The notes under the pieces: generated by a model | Databases searched by the model: none | Seen by the model: only the letters and a program-made list of their open reading frames with translations | Told to the model about the DNA's origin: nothing | Program-made: the position numbers and the translations under genes | In this document: piece after piece, positions 1 to 9,133 of the stretch | Numbering within the stretch: position 1 is the first letter of the stretch | Layout of the letters: each line of letters starts with the position of its first letter | Assembly: GCA_963851265.1 (NCBI GenBank) | Contig: CAWKNZ010000007.1 | Span: forward strand, 320,001 to 384,000 | Length of the DNA stretch: 64,000 nucleotides | Source of the DNA: an uncultured Gemmatimonadales bacterium | Lineage (GTDB): Bacteria; Gemmatimonadota; Gemmatimonadetes; Gemmatimonadales; Gemmatimonadaceae | Direction: 5' to 3'

Positions 1-1086
1 CCCGGGGCCTTCAACAACGTCTCGTGCAGCTCCATCGAGCACAAGATGGGGATCAAGGCGAACGCGACCTGCGTCATCAACTTCGACGAGGCGCGCGGCT
101 GGCTCGTCGGCGAGGTGAACCGTGGCATGCGCGCGATGTTCACGATGATGAACGGCGCGCGGCTCGGCGTCGGGATGCAGGGCCTCGGGCTGGCCGAGGT
201 GAGCTACCAGAACGCGCTGGCCTACGCCAAGGACCGCGTGCAGGGGCGCGCGCTCACCGGCCCGAAGAACCCGGCCGGCGACGCCGACCCGATCGTCGTG
301 CACCCCGACGTCCGGCGCATGCTGCTCACGATGAAGGCGTACGTCGAGGGCGAGCGTGCGCTCGCGTACTGGGTCGGCAAGATGATCGACGTCGAGGAGA
401 AGTCGACCGACCCCGAGCAGAAGGAGGAAGCCGGCGACCTCGTCGCGCTGATGACGCCGATCATAAAGGCGTTCCTCACCGACACCGGCTTCGAGGTGAC
501 CAACCTCGGCCTGCAGATCTACGGCGGTCACGGCTACGTGCGGGAGTGGGGGATGGAGCAGTTCGTGCGCGACGCGCGCATCGCACAGATCTACGAGGGG
601 ACGAACGGGGTGCAGGCCATGGACCTCATCGGCCGCAAGGTGCCCGAGGGCGGCGGGCGGCTGCTGCGCCGCTGGCTCAAGCTCGTGCAGGACGACGTGA
701 AGGCGGCGGCGGGCGACGGGCGCGTGGCCGACCTCGCGAAGTCGCTCGGCGAGGCGCTCCGCACGCTTCAGGAGACCACGGCGCACGTCATGCAAGCCGC
801 GATGAAGAACCCGGACGAGGCGGGCGCCGCGGCGGCCGACTTCCTCCGACTCATGGGCACCGTCGCGACGGGGTGGATGTGGCTGAAGATGGCGCGGGTC
901 GCGCTCGAGAAGTTGCCGACCGCCAACGGGGACGCGGGCTTCTACGACGCGAAGGTCAAGACGGCGCGGTTCTACATGACCAAGCTCCTGCCGCAGGTGC
1001 AGGCGCTCAGCGCATCGATCAGGGCGGGCGCGGCGCCGGTGATGGAGCCGATGCTGGACTTCGAGGGAGCGCTCACGCTGGCGTAA
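1..1086 (+). CDS. Acyl-CoA dehydrogenase, 5'-truncated by window edge
   Basis: Frame open from base 1; motifs EHKMGIKA..TC, MFTMMNGARLGVG, QIYGGHGY, DARIAQIYEGTNGVQA typical of acyl-CoA dehydrogenases with the C-terminal extension. Confidence 0.93.
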   Translation, partial: PGAFNNVSCSSIEHKMGIKANATCVINFDEARGWLVGEVNRGMRAMFTMMNGARLGVGMQGLGLAEVSYQNALAYAKDRVQGRALTGPKNPAGDADPIVVHPDVRRMLLTMKAYVEGERALAYWVGKMIDVEEKSTDPEQKEEAGDLVALMTPIIKAFLTDTGFEVTNLGLQIYGGHGYVREWGMEQFVRDARIAQIYEGTNGVQAMDLIGRKVPEGGGRLLRRWLKLVQDDVKAAAGDGRVADLAKSLGEALRTLQETTAHVMQAAMKNPDEAGAAAADFLRLMGTVATGWMWLKMARVALEKLPTANGDAGFYDAKVKTARFYMTKLLPQVQALSASIRAGAAPVMEPMLDFEGALTLA

Positions 1087-2315
1087 CCACTGCCCCGATC
1101 GTCGAGCACGCACGGGGACCCGCGCCGGCACCGGCGCGGGTCCCCGTACTGCTGCTCGCAGTGGCCGGCGGGCTCGTCGTCGCCAATCTGTACTACAACC
1201 AGCCGCTGCTGGCGAGCATGGCGCACGACCTCGGCGCCTCCGAGACGGCAATCGCGCCCGTGGCGACGCTCACGCAGGTGGGGTACGCGCTCGGGCTGTT
1301 CGCGGTCGTGCCGCTGGCCGATATCGCCGAGCGGCGCCGTCTCCTCGTCGTGCTCGTGCTGGGCGCGGCCGTCGCACTGGTCGGCGCGGCGCTCGCGCCG
1401 AACGCCGCCCTCCTCTCGGCGGCCAGCCTCGCGATCGGGTTACTCTCGGTCGCGCCGCAGGTGATCATGCCGATCGCGGCGGATCTCGCGCCCGCGGCCG
1501 AACGCGGGCGCATCGTCGGCACGGTGCTGAGCGGCCTGCTGATCGGCATCCTCATGGGGCGTGTCGTGAGCGGCGCGGTGGGCGAACGGTTCGGATGGCG
1601 CCCGGTGTTCTGGGCCGCGGCGGCGGCGATGGTCGTGCTGGCCGCCGTGCTGCGCGCGCGGCTCCCGCTGAGCCGTGCCGCGTCGACGCTCTCGTACCGC
1701 GAACTCCTCGTGTCGCTGCCGGCCGTCGCGCGGCAGTGGGCGGCGCTGCGCGAATCGGCACTATTCGGAGCACTCGCCTTCGCGAGCTTCTCGGTGTTCT
1801 GGACGACGCTGCCCTTCCATCTCGCCGCGCTTCCCGGCCACTACGGCAGCGGCGCGGCGGGCGGGTTCGGACTCGTCGGCGTGGTCGGCGCGCTCGCGGC
1901 GTCGTTGGTCGGGCGCCGCAACGATCGCGGCGATCCGCGCCAATCGATCGGCGTCGGTCTGGCCGCGACGATGGTCGCCTGGCTCGCGCTCGGTCTGCTC
2001 GGCAACTCGCTGGCCGGCATCGCCGCCGGTGTCATCCTGCTCGACCTCGGCGTCCAGGCAGCTCACGTGAGCAATCAAGCGCGCATCTTCGCGCTCGACG
2101 ACGCGGCGCGCGGGCGCATCAACGCGGTCTACATGGTCGCGTACTTCGTCGGCGGCGCGCTCGGGTCGGCGGTCGGGGCCGCGGCGTGGGTGCGCGGCGG
2201 GTGGCCGGCCGTGAGTGGCACCGGCGCCGCGTTCGCCGCACTCGCGCTCGGCGTGTGGGCCGCGCGCCGGCCAGCCATGCTCCGCGCCGCCATGGCGCAA
2301 CGCGCGCATGGCTGA
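1083..2315 (+). CDS. MFS transporter (start codon uncertain)
   Basis: About 12 hydrophobic segments; ANLYYNQPLL, VPLADIAERRRL, ERGRIVGTVLSGLLIGILMGR. Only the 3' part of ORF 24..2315 is credible. Confidence 0.88.
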   Translation, partial: VTTAPIVEHARGPAPAPARVPVLLLAVAGGLVVANLYYNQPLLASMAHDLGASETAIAPVATLTQVGYALGLFAVVPLADIAERRRLLVVLVLGAAVALVGAALAPNAALLSAASLAIGLLSVAPQVIMPIAADLAPAAERGRIVGTVLSGLLIGILMGRVVSGAVGERFGWRPVFWAAAAAMVVLAAVLRARLPLSRAASTLSYRELLVSLPAVARQWAALRESALFGALAFASFSVFWTTLPFHLAALPGHYGSGAAGGFGLVGVVGALAASLVGRRNDRGDPRQSIGVGLAATMVAWLALGLLGNSLAGIAAGVILLDLGVQAAHVSNQARIFALDDAARGRINAVYMVAYFVGGALGSAVGAAAWVRGGWPAVSGTGAAFAALALGVWAARRPAMLRAAMAQRAHG

Positions 2316-3060
2316 GCCCAACGGGGCGACGCCGGCGATGCCGGCGACGGCGGTGCTCCTTCACTTCTTCGGCGGCACCTCGCGCACCTGGACCGAAGTG
2401 CGCGCCCGTCTCGACGCGCGCGGCGTGCGCTCGATCGCCCCCGACCTGCGCGGGTTCGGGACCGCGATGGACGCGCCGGGCCCGTACACGGTGGACGCGT
2501 ACGCCGACGACGTGGCGGCCCTCGCAGAACGCGAAGCCGGCGATCGCTGGGTGCTCGTCGGACACTCGATGGGTGGTAAGATCGCGTTCGCGGTCGCCGC
2601 GCGCCGACTGGCGGGGCTGGTCGCGCTCGTGCTCGTGGCGCCCTCGCCGCCCTGGCCGGAGCCGATGGCGGAGGCGGATCGCGCGCGGCTGCTTGCGGCG
2701 TACGGCGACCGCAGCGCGGCCGCGACCACCATCGACCGCATAACCGCACACCCGCTCGTCGGCGCCGTACGCGAGCGGACCCTCGACGACGAACTGCGCG
2801 CGGGCGCGGATGCGTGGCGCGCGTGGCTCGAGTGCGGCAGTCGCGAGGACCTGTCGGCGCGTGCGCCCGACGTCGCGGTCCCGGTGCTGGTGTTGGCCGG
2901 GGAAAGGGACGGCGGGATCACGCCCGCCGTTGCTGGCGCGGTCGCCGCGGCGCTTCGTGGAACGGCGCGCACGGTGCCCGACGCAGGTCACCTGCTGCCG
3001 CTCGAGGCGACCGACGTCGTGGCGGCGGCGATCACCACCGCCGCCACGACTGGTCGTTAG
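2308..3060 (+). CDS. Alpha/beta fold hydrolase
   Basis: LLHFFGG, APDLRGFG, nucleophile elbow GHSMGG, C-terminal GHLLPLE; overlaps MFS 3' end. Confidence 0.9.
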   Translation: MAEPNGATPAMPATAVLLHFFGGTSRTWTEVRARLDARGVRSIAPDLRGFGTAMDAPGPYTVDAYADDVAALAEREAGDRWVLVGHSMGGKIAFAVAARRLAGLVALVLVAPSPPWPEPMAEADRARLLAAYGDRSAAATTIDRITAHPLVGAVRERTLDDELRAGADAWRAWLECGSREDLSARAPDVAVPVLVLAGERDGGITPAVAGAVAAALRGTARTVPDAGHLLPLEATDVVAAAITTAATTGR

Positions 3061-3401
3061 GAGCCGCCGACCTGCGTCGACACCGCCGCGAGGCGGTCAG
3101 CCAGCTGGTTCAGCCCACCACCGAGCGGGCCGGCGCCGCCGGCGATCGTCCGCGTCTGCGACGCGAGCTGCGACAGCAGGCTGCCGATGCTCGTGCCGCC
3201 CGACGTCGCGTTGGAGCCGCCGGCCGACGCACCGCCCGACAGCTGCTGGTGCAGGGCGGTGAGGGTGCCGCCGATCTGCTCGGTGCCGGGGACGCCCTTG
3301 AGCGCGCCGAGTACCTGCTCGATCGCGCTCGCGCCCTGCTTCGGGTCGAGCGTGGTGAGCGCATCCGTGACCGACTGGACGATCGCGGTGATCCCGCCCA
3401 T
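3057..3401 (-). CDS. Small Gly/Ala-rich helical hypothetical protein (alternative start 3419)
   Basis: C-terminal part of ORF 3057..5957 (MGGITAIVQSVTDALTTLDPKQ...) has protein-like composition and fills the gap; 4-bp convergent overlap with hydrolase. Confidence 0.6.
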   Translation of the reverse strand: MGGITAIVQSVTDALTTLDPKQGASAIEQVLGALKGVPGTEQIGGTLTALHQQLSGGASAGGSNATSGGTSIGSLLSQLASQTRTIAGGAGPLGGGLNQLADRLAAVSTQVGGS

Positions 3402-3500
3402 GCCGCTATTCTGTGTCATGACTCGTAACCCCGTGCTGAAATGAGAGATCGGACCGGTTACACGTCCGCTGGTAGGCGCGTAGGTCCGGGTCGCGAATGC

Positions 3501-5291
3501 ATGGCGCGGGCGCGCGGTTCCTGCCGCGCGCGATCGCGCGCCTCGCGAATCGCGCGGCTCGCGTGCGCCGGCGTGTTCGCCGCCATCGCCGCGTGCGTTC
3601 CATACCGCGCGTCGGGCGCGCAGGCGGGGGGCGGTGCGGTGCCCGCGGCAGATCGCTGGTGGCGCGAGGGCGTCGTGTACCAGGTGTACCCGCGATCGTT
3701 TCAGGACAGTAACGGTGACGGCGTCGGTGACCTGAAAGGCATCACGAGCCGCCTCGATTACCTGCGCTGGTTCGGCGTCGACGCGATCTGGATCTCTCCG
3801 TTCTTCGCGTCGCCGCAGCGCGACTTCGGCTACGACGTCAGCGACTACCGCGCGGTCGACCCACGCTTCGGCACGCTCGCCGATTTCGACGCGCTCGTCG
3901 CGGCGGCGCACGCGCGCGGCATCCGCGTGATACTCGACTTCGTCGCCAACCACACGTCCGACCAACACGCGTGGTTTGCGGCGTCGCGGAGCGCGCGCAC
4001 AAATCCCAAACGCGACTGGTACGTGTGGCGCGACCCCGCCCCGGGCGGCGGGCCGCCCAACAACTGGCGGTCGGTGTTCGGCGGCAGCGCGTGGACGCGC
4101 GACTCGGCGACGGGGCAGTACTACTTCCACCAGTTCCTCGCGGCGCAGCCGGACCTGAACTGGCGCAACCCGGCGGTGCGTCAGGCGATGTACGCCGTGA
4201 TGCGGTTCTGGCTCGACCGCGGCGCCGACGGATTTCGGCTCGACGCGTTTCCGCACACCGTCGAGGATTCGCTCTTCCGCGACAACCCGGTCGCCGCGCA
4301 CCCCGACGCAGGGCACGGCGACTACGACCAGCTCGACCCGGTCTACACGACGCACCGCCCCGAGAACTACGCGCTGCTCTGCGAGATGCGGCGCGTGATG
4401 GATGCGTACACGACCCGCGGCGCGCGCCCGAGCGCGCGCATTCTCCTCCCCGAGGTGTTCACGACGCCGCAGCGCCTCACGCGCTACTACGGCGACCGGG
4501 GATGCGGGGCGCAACTGCCGTCCAACTACGCTCTCTCGGGTGTCCCGTGGTCGGCCGACACCGTGTTTCAACGCGTGTCGGCGTACGAGGGCGCGCTCGC
4601 GCCGTGGATGGCGCGGGATTGGGCGCTCGGCAACCACGACACGAAGCGCCTGGCGACGAGCGTCGGACCGGCGGCCGCGCGCGCGGCGGCCGTGTTGCTG
4701 CTGACGCTCCGTGGAACGCCCACCATCTACTACGGCGACGAGATCGGGATGCACGACGTGCCGATTCCGCCCGAGTTGGTGCAGGACCCGGCAGAAAAAC
4801 AGCAGCCGGGCATCGGCGTGGGGCGCGATCCGGAACGCACACCGATGCAGTGGGACGGCACGCCGGGTGCGGGATTCACGAACGGCCGCCCGTGGCTCCC
4901 GATCGCGCCGGACGCGCGCACGGCCAACGTCGGGGTCGAGCGCGCGGACTCCGCGTCGATGCTCACGCTCTACCACGACCTGCTCACCTTGCGCCGCGGG
5001 GAGCCCGCGCTCGCGCGCGGGAGCTTCCGCATGCTGCCGCGGCAGGGCGACGTGCTCGCGTACGTGCGCGACGACTCCGCGGGCGGACGGCGATTCCTCG
5101 TGGTCGTGAACTTCGGGGCGACGCCGGCGACGTACGCGCCCGGGCAGGATGCGGCGGGCCTGACCGACGGCGGGCGCCGGACGGCGGCCGTTGTCGCCGG
5201 CACGCACCGGGGTGCGTCGCTCACGTCGGTCGATCGCATCGCGCTCCGGCCGAACGAGGCCGTGGTCGTGCGCCTCGCGCGTCGGGGCTGA
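3501..5291 (+). CDS. GH13 alpha-amylase family glycoside hydrolase (alpha-glucosidase-like)
   Basis: YQVYPRSFQDSNGDGVGDL, DFVANHTS, QPDLNWRN, GFRLDA (nucleophile), PEV (acid/base), GNHD. Confidence 0.93.
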   Translation: MARARGSCRARSRASRIARLACAGVFAAIAACVPYRASGAQAGGGAVPAADRWWREGVVYQVYPRSFQDSNGDGVGDLKGITSRLDYLRWFGVDAIWISPFFASPQRDFGYDVSDYRAVDPRFGTLADFDALVAAAHARGIRVILDFVANHTSDQHAWFAASRSARTNPKRDWYVWRDPAPGGGPPNNWRSVFGGSAWTRDSATGQYYFHQFLAAQPDLNWRNPAVRQAMYAVMRFWLDRGADGFRLDAFPHTVEDSLFRDNPVAAHPDAGHGDYDQLDPVYTTHRPENYALLCEMRRVMDAYTTRGARPSARILLPEVFTTPQRLTRYYGDRGCGAQLPSNYALSGVPWSADTVFQRVSAYEGALAPWMARDWALGNHDTKRLATSVGPAAARAAAVLLLTLRGTPTIYYGDEIGMHDVPIPPELVQDPAEKQQPGIGVGRDPERTPMQWDGTPGAGFTNGRPWLPIAPDARTANVGVERADSASMLTLYHDLLTLRRGEPALARGSFRMLPRQGDVLAYVRDDSAGGRRFLVVVNFGATPATYAPGQDAAGLTDGGRRTAAVVAGTHRGASLTSVDRIALRPNEAVVVRLARRG

Positions 5292-5293
5292 CC

Positions 5294-5761
5294 TCAGCGC
5301 AGCAGGTCGGGGGGCAGGCGCTTCACCCACCCGGCGCCGAGCACGCCCCACAGGCCGACGAGAATGGCCTCGGCCGCGTCGTGGCGGAGCGACGTCGGCC
5401 GCGGCCCGCCGGCCCACGCGATCACCCGGCGCGCGAGGCGGTCGGCGACCGCCTTCATCTGCGGCCCGGTGCCGTGCTCGCGCGGAAGGAGGAAGAGCGG
5501 GCGCCACAGTTCGGCCGACACGACCTGTACCGTGAGCGCGCGCCGCTCGCCTTCCGCGACCCACGGCGTCGCGAGCGGTCCGCCGCCCTCCACGACGACG
5601 CGCGCGAGGTCGAGCGGGTCGGCGAGCAGTGCCGGGACGGCGCGGCGCATCCGCGCCGCGGCGCCGAAATTCTGGGAGCGGTACCACCGCAGTCGTCCGT
5701 CGTCGCCCCAGCAGGCGAATCCGGCGCGGACGCCGAGGTCGACGGCGAGGAGGGCGGCCAT
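5294..5761 (-). CDS. Hypothetical protein, possible RNase H-like/RuvC-like fold
   Basis: N-terminal LLAVDLGVRAGFA, central VVVEG, C-terminal HDAAEAILVG. Confidence 0.6.
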   Translation of the reverse strand: MAALLAVDLGVRAGFACWGDDGRLRWYRSQNFGAAARMRRAVPALLADPLDLARVVVEGGGPLATPWVAEGERRALTVQVVSAELWRPLFLLPREHGTGPQMKAVADRLARRVIAWAGGPRPTSLRHDAAEAILVGLWGVLGAGWVKRLPPDLLR

Positions 5762-5971
5762 GCGGGGGCGGGAGTGCAGGGCGCGTGCGCGCAGCGGCGC
5801 GGGGATGCCTGGGCGGGTGCGTGCGTTTGGTCACACTCGGGCCATAAGTCGCGCCGCGTGCTGCGCGGGCGGTGACACGCGCCACGGACCGGGCGGCGGC
5901 CCGTCGGCACCATTCTCTCCAGGCGCCGACAGCGACGTCGGCCGCCAGCGTCCTCATTCCATGGTGCTCGT

Positions 5972-6193
5972 ATGCGTCGAATCCACACCGCCGCGCTCGC
6001 CGCCGCGCTCGCCGTCAGCGCAGCGTCCCTGGCGGCCCAGCAGCCGCCGTCCCCGTCGCGCCCCGACACGGGGCGGACCGACACCACGCGCACCGACTCG
6101 ACGCGCGGGCGCAGCCCGCGCCGGCGCGTGCCCGGCGACAGCAGCCGACGCGACACGTCGTCGACGCCGCGCCCGACCCCGCCACGGTCTTGA
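5972..6193 (+). CDS. Small secreted low-complexity hypothetical protein
   Basis: Signal peptide MRRIHTAALAAALAVSAASLAA followed by R/T/D/S/P-rich tail with D(T/S)(T/S)R repeats. Confidence 0.55.
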   Translation: MRRIHTAALAAALAVSAASLAAQQPPSPSRPDTGRTDTTRTDSTRGRSPRRRVPGDSSRRDTSSTPRPTPPRS

Positions 6194-6331
6194 TTGCGGG
6201 CGGCCGGAACGGGCCATGCGCTAGGCGGCGCTGACGGACGTCGGACCACGTCCGTCCTGCCGGCTCGTCCCGAGGCGCGAAGGCGGCCGGGCACGAGCCT
6301 CGTCGCGCGCCACCCTCGTCCCGGACCGCCC

Positions 6332-6730
6332 GTGCTTCCACCCGGCATTCGTTCCCGCCTCACCCGCGCCATCCAGAGTGCCGGTTTCGCCGCCGTGTTC
6401 GTGGTGATGACCGGCGCGTCCACCGGGTGCGTGCACAACACGTCGCGTGACCCGAATGCGGAGGCCGACGCCGCCGGCCCAACCACGGTGCGCGTGCAGA
6501 ACCAGGGATTCCAGGACGTCGTGATCTACGTCGTCAAGAGCGGACTTCGTTCGCGACTCGGGATGGTGACCGCGAGCAGTTCCGCGGTTCTCACCATCCC
6601 GAAGACGCTCGTGCAGCCGCTCACGCCGCTGCAGTTCATCGCGAGCCCGATCGCCGGCACGCGCTCCCCCATCAGCCAGGAGATCACCGTCTCACCGGGG
6701 GACGAGGTCGGACTCATCATTCCGCCGTGA
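6332..6730 (+). CDS. Putative lipoprotein, single beta-sandwich-like domain
   Basis: Hydrophobic stretch ending ASTGC; beta-strand rich mature part (TTVRVQNQGFQDVVIYVV); start uncertain. Confidence 0.65.
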   Translation: MLPPGIRSRLTRAIQSAGFAAVFVVMTGASTGCVHNTSRDPNAEADAAGPTTVRVQNQGFQDVVIYVVKSGLRSRLGMVTASSSAVLTIPKTLVQPLTPLQFIASPIAGTRSPISQEITVSPGDEVGLIIPP

Positions 6731-6760
6731 CGGCGTCATATCGGCCCCGACGGACGCGCA

Positions 6761-7873
6761 TCACCCCCACCACACGGCCGCGGCGAACATGACGTACAAC
6801 CCGATCAGCGCCACGCCCTCGAGCCAGATCGATTCGCCGTCGTAGACGACGAACGCGGACGCGAGCGTGCCGAGCGTGAGCGCCGCGAGCAGGATCGGCG
6901 GAAGGACGAGCGTCATCGGCGCGGGCCCAATGAAGAACGAGGCGATGACGAGCACCGGCGTCAGTGCCAACGCGACCTGGAGCGGCGAGTTGAGGATCAC
7001 GGAGAGCGCGTAGTCGGGCTTGTTCTTGGCCGCGAGCGACACGCCGACCGCGTTCTCGACCGCGTTCCCGGCGATGGCGACGACCACCAGACCGGTGAAC
7101 GTCTGCGACAGGCCGAGGCCGCGCGTTGCCGGCAGCAGCGCGTCGACGAACCAGTCCGAGACGAGCGCGGCGCCGAGTCCTGCCGCGGCCAGCACGCCGA
7201 CGCTCTGCGCCGTCGACCAACCGTGCGGAGCCGCCTCGCGCGTCACCACGCCTTCGAAGTCGTCGGCCGACTCCGGTGGGCAGGGAAGCACCGACGGGTG
7301 ACCCGCGAGCGTGAACCGCAGGCTCGCGCCGAACACGATGAGCAGCACGACCGCGCACGCGGCACTGAGCGCCGCCTCGTGCGGTTGCGCGGGCGTGTGC
7401 AGCGTCTGCGCCAGCGTCGGGACGGCGAGGGCAGTCACGGCGAGCAGCATCAGCGTCGCGGCGGTGCGCGGCGGCTGCGAGTCGAAGCGCTGCGTTCCGT
7501 GTTTGAGGCCACCGACGAGGATCGCGAGGCCGAGGACCAGCACCGCGTTGGCGAGGATCGATCCGACGAGTGCGGCGCGCACGACGTCGCGCAGCCCGGC
7601 TCTCAGGCTGAACAGCGACACGAAGAGTTCGGGCAGGTTGCCGAACGCGCCCTGGAGAACGCCGGTCGCGCCCGCGCTCATCCGCTCGCCGAGCTGCTCG
7701 GTCGCGGTGCCGACCGCTCGGGCGAGGAGCGCGAGCGCGACGGCGGCGACGGCGAAGCGAGCCATCGCGGGCGCGTGCGTCAAGGCGAGCGCGCCGGCGG
7801 CCACCGCGGCGGCCAGCGCGGCCCCGAGCCACCGGCTTTCGCCGGGCGTGAACTGAAGCGAGGTCGACGGCAT
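6761..7873 (-). CDS. Calcium/proton exchanger (CaCA family)
   Basis: Alpha repeats AFGNLPE and IAGNAVE, ALVGSILAN, SPLQVAL; multiple TM helices. Confidence 0.9.
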   Translation of the reverse strand: MPSTSLQFTPGESRWLGAALAAAVAAGALALTHAPAMARFAVAAVALALLARAVGTATEQLGERMSAGATGVLQGAFGNLPELFVSLFSLRAGLRDVVRAALVGSILANAVLVLGLAILVGGLKHGTQRFDSQPPRTAATLMLLAVTALAVPTLAQTLHTPAQPHEAALSAACAVVLLIVFGASLRFTLAGHPSVLPCPPESADDFEGVVTREAAPHGWSTAQSVGVLAAAGLGAALVSDWFVDALLPATRGLGLSQTFTGLVVVAIAGNAVENAVGVSLAAKNKPDYALSVILNSPLQVALALTPVLVIASFFIGPAPMTLVLPPILLAALTLGTLASAFVVYDGESIWLEGVALIGLYVMFAAAVWWG

Positions 7874-8041
7874 GACGAGCGCGCAGCGCAAGAGCAGCAC
7901 CGGCGCGCCGACCGCGGCAGGTATGGCGCGAAGATTTCTTCATCTCCGATCGCGGGAATCGGCGTTAACTCCCGCGCGGTGGGAGCGTCCTCGATGCGCG
8001 GCTTCGCGCCGCTCGGCCGCCCCACACGACCTCCTCCCACG

Positions 8042-8959
8042 ATGCACAAGCTTCCGTCCTGGCCCACCTCGACGCGCGCCCGCGAGGCGCTGCGACTCGG
8101 CGCACTGCCTGCCGCGCTCCTGATCGCCGCGCTCCTCGCGGGTTGCGGCAGCAACGACAAGAGCCCGGTCGCACCGTCGTCGGCGAGCACCGATGCGAGC
8201 ACCACCGCGGCCATCACGGCGGACGTCGCCGGCGATGCCGGGGACGCGTCTGCCACGCTGAACGAGACGTTCGGCGCCTCGGAAACCGCGTCGGGCGCCT
8301 CGGCATCGCTCGCCGTGCCCGTGCCCGGCCTCGCCTTCTCCGCCGCGCCGTGGGCCGCCGCGTCGACGGCGTGCAGCGGTCCGGACGCAACAGGCTTCTA
8401 CACCTGCACCAAGGCCCAGGAGAACGGCTTCACGATCACCCGCGCGTACCGCTACTGGGCGGGCGGGAGCATCGCGGTGCGCTACGCCGAGGCGTCCACG
8501 GACTCGGTGAACCACCGTTGGGCGCAGACGGGCGTCCGCGCGGCGACGGATACGAGCAACGGCGGCACGACGCGCAGCGTCAGCGTCAACCGAACGGACA
8601 CGTCGACGATGAAGGTCGTTCGCGGCACGACGCCGCAACACGTGTGGAACGGGACCGGAACCCGCACCGACACGTCTACCGCGGGTGACCGCAACGGGAC
8701 GCGTCGCTACGTGCTGACCGCCGTCGACACCGCCCAGGCGGTGACCTACGCCCTCCCGCGCAGTTCCAACGCGTGGCCGATCTCGGGCACGATCACGCAC
8801 GACGTCCGCGCCGTGTGGACCAGCGCCAAGGGGGCCACCACCACCACGACGCGTCACGCGGTCGTGACCTTCAACGGCACGTCGACGGCCTCGGTGCAGG
8901 TCGGCGGCATCACCTGCTCGCTCGACCTCAAGACGCACGCCGTGTCGGGGTGCAAGTAA
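8042..8959 (+). CDS. Putative lipoprotein, Thr-rich beta-structured hypothetical protein
   Basis: Lipobox LLAGC after hydrophobic stretch; two Cys pairs. Confidence 0.7.
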   Translation: MHKLPSWPTSTRAREALRLGALPAALLIAALLAGCGSNDKSPVAPSSASTDASTTAAITADVAGDAGDASATLNETFGASETASGASASLAVPVPGLAFSAAPWAAASTACSGPDATGFYTCTKAQENGFTITRAYRYWAGGSIAVRYAEASTDSVNHRWAQTGVRAATDTSNGGTTRSVSVNRTDTSTMKVVRGTTPQHVWNGTGTRTDTSTAGDRNGTRRYVLTAVDTAQAVTYALPRSSNAWPISGTITHDVRAVWTSAKGATTTTTRHAVVTFNGTSTASVQVGGITCSLDLKTHAVSGCK

Positions 8960-9133
8960 CGGCCGTCGGTCAACGCGACCGCTCGTCCTTGCCTGCGACG
9001 GAAGGGCAGTAGGGGGACGGCACCCGCGCGGTGTCCTGATTGCAGACGAAGCACTCGGAACGGCGTCGGACTCGGAGGGGCGTGGCGGATACACCGCGCG
9101 TCGCGCTCCCCGAGACCGGCGCCGTTTCGTTCA

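Noticed and set aside
24..2315. 763-aa ORF as an acyl-CoA dehydrogenase/MFS fusion or frameshift product
   Set aside because: The N-terminal half is off-frame shadow of the dehydrogenase, which has its own normal stop
9030..9045. Sigma-54-like GG-N10-GC element (CGGTGTCCTGATTGCA)
   Set aside because: Lies between convergent genes with no downstream plus-strand gene; weak -24 match
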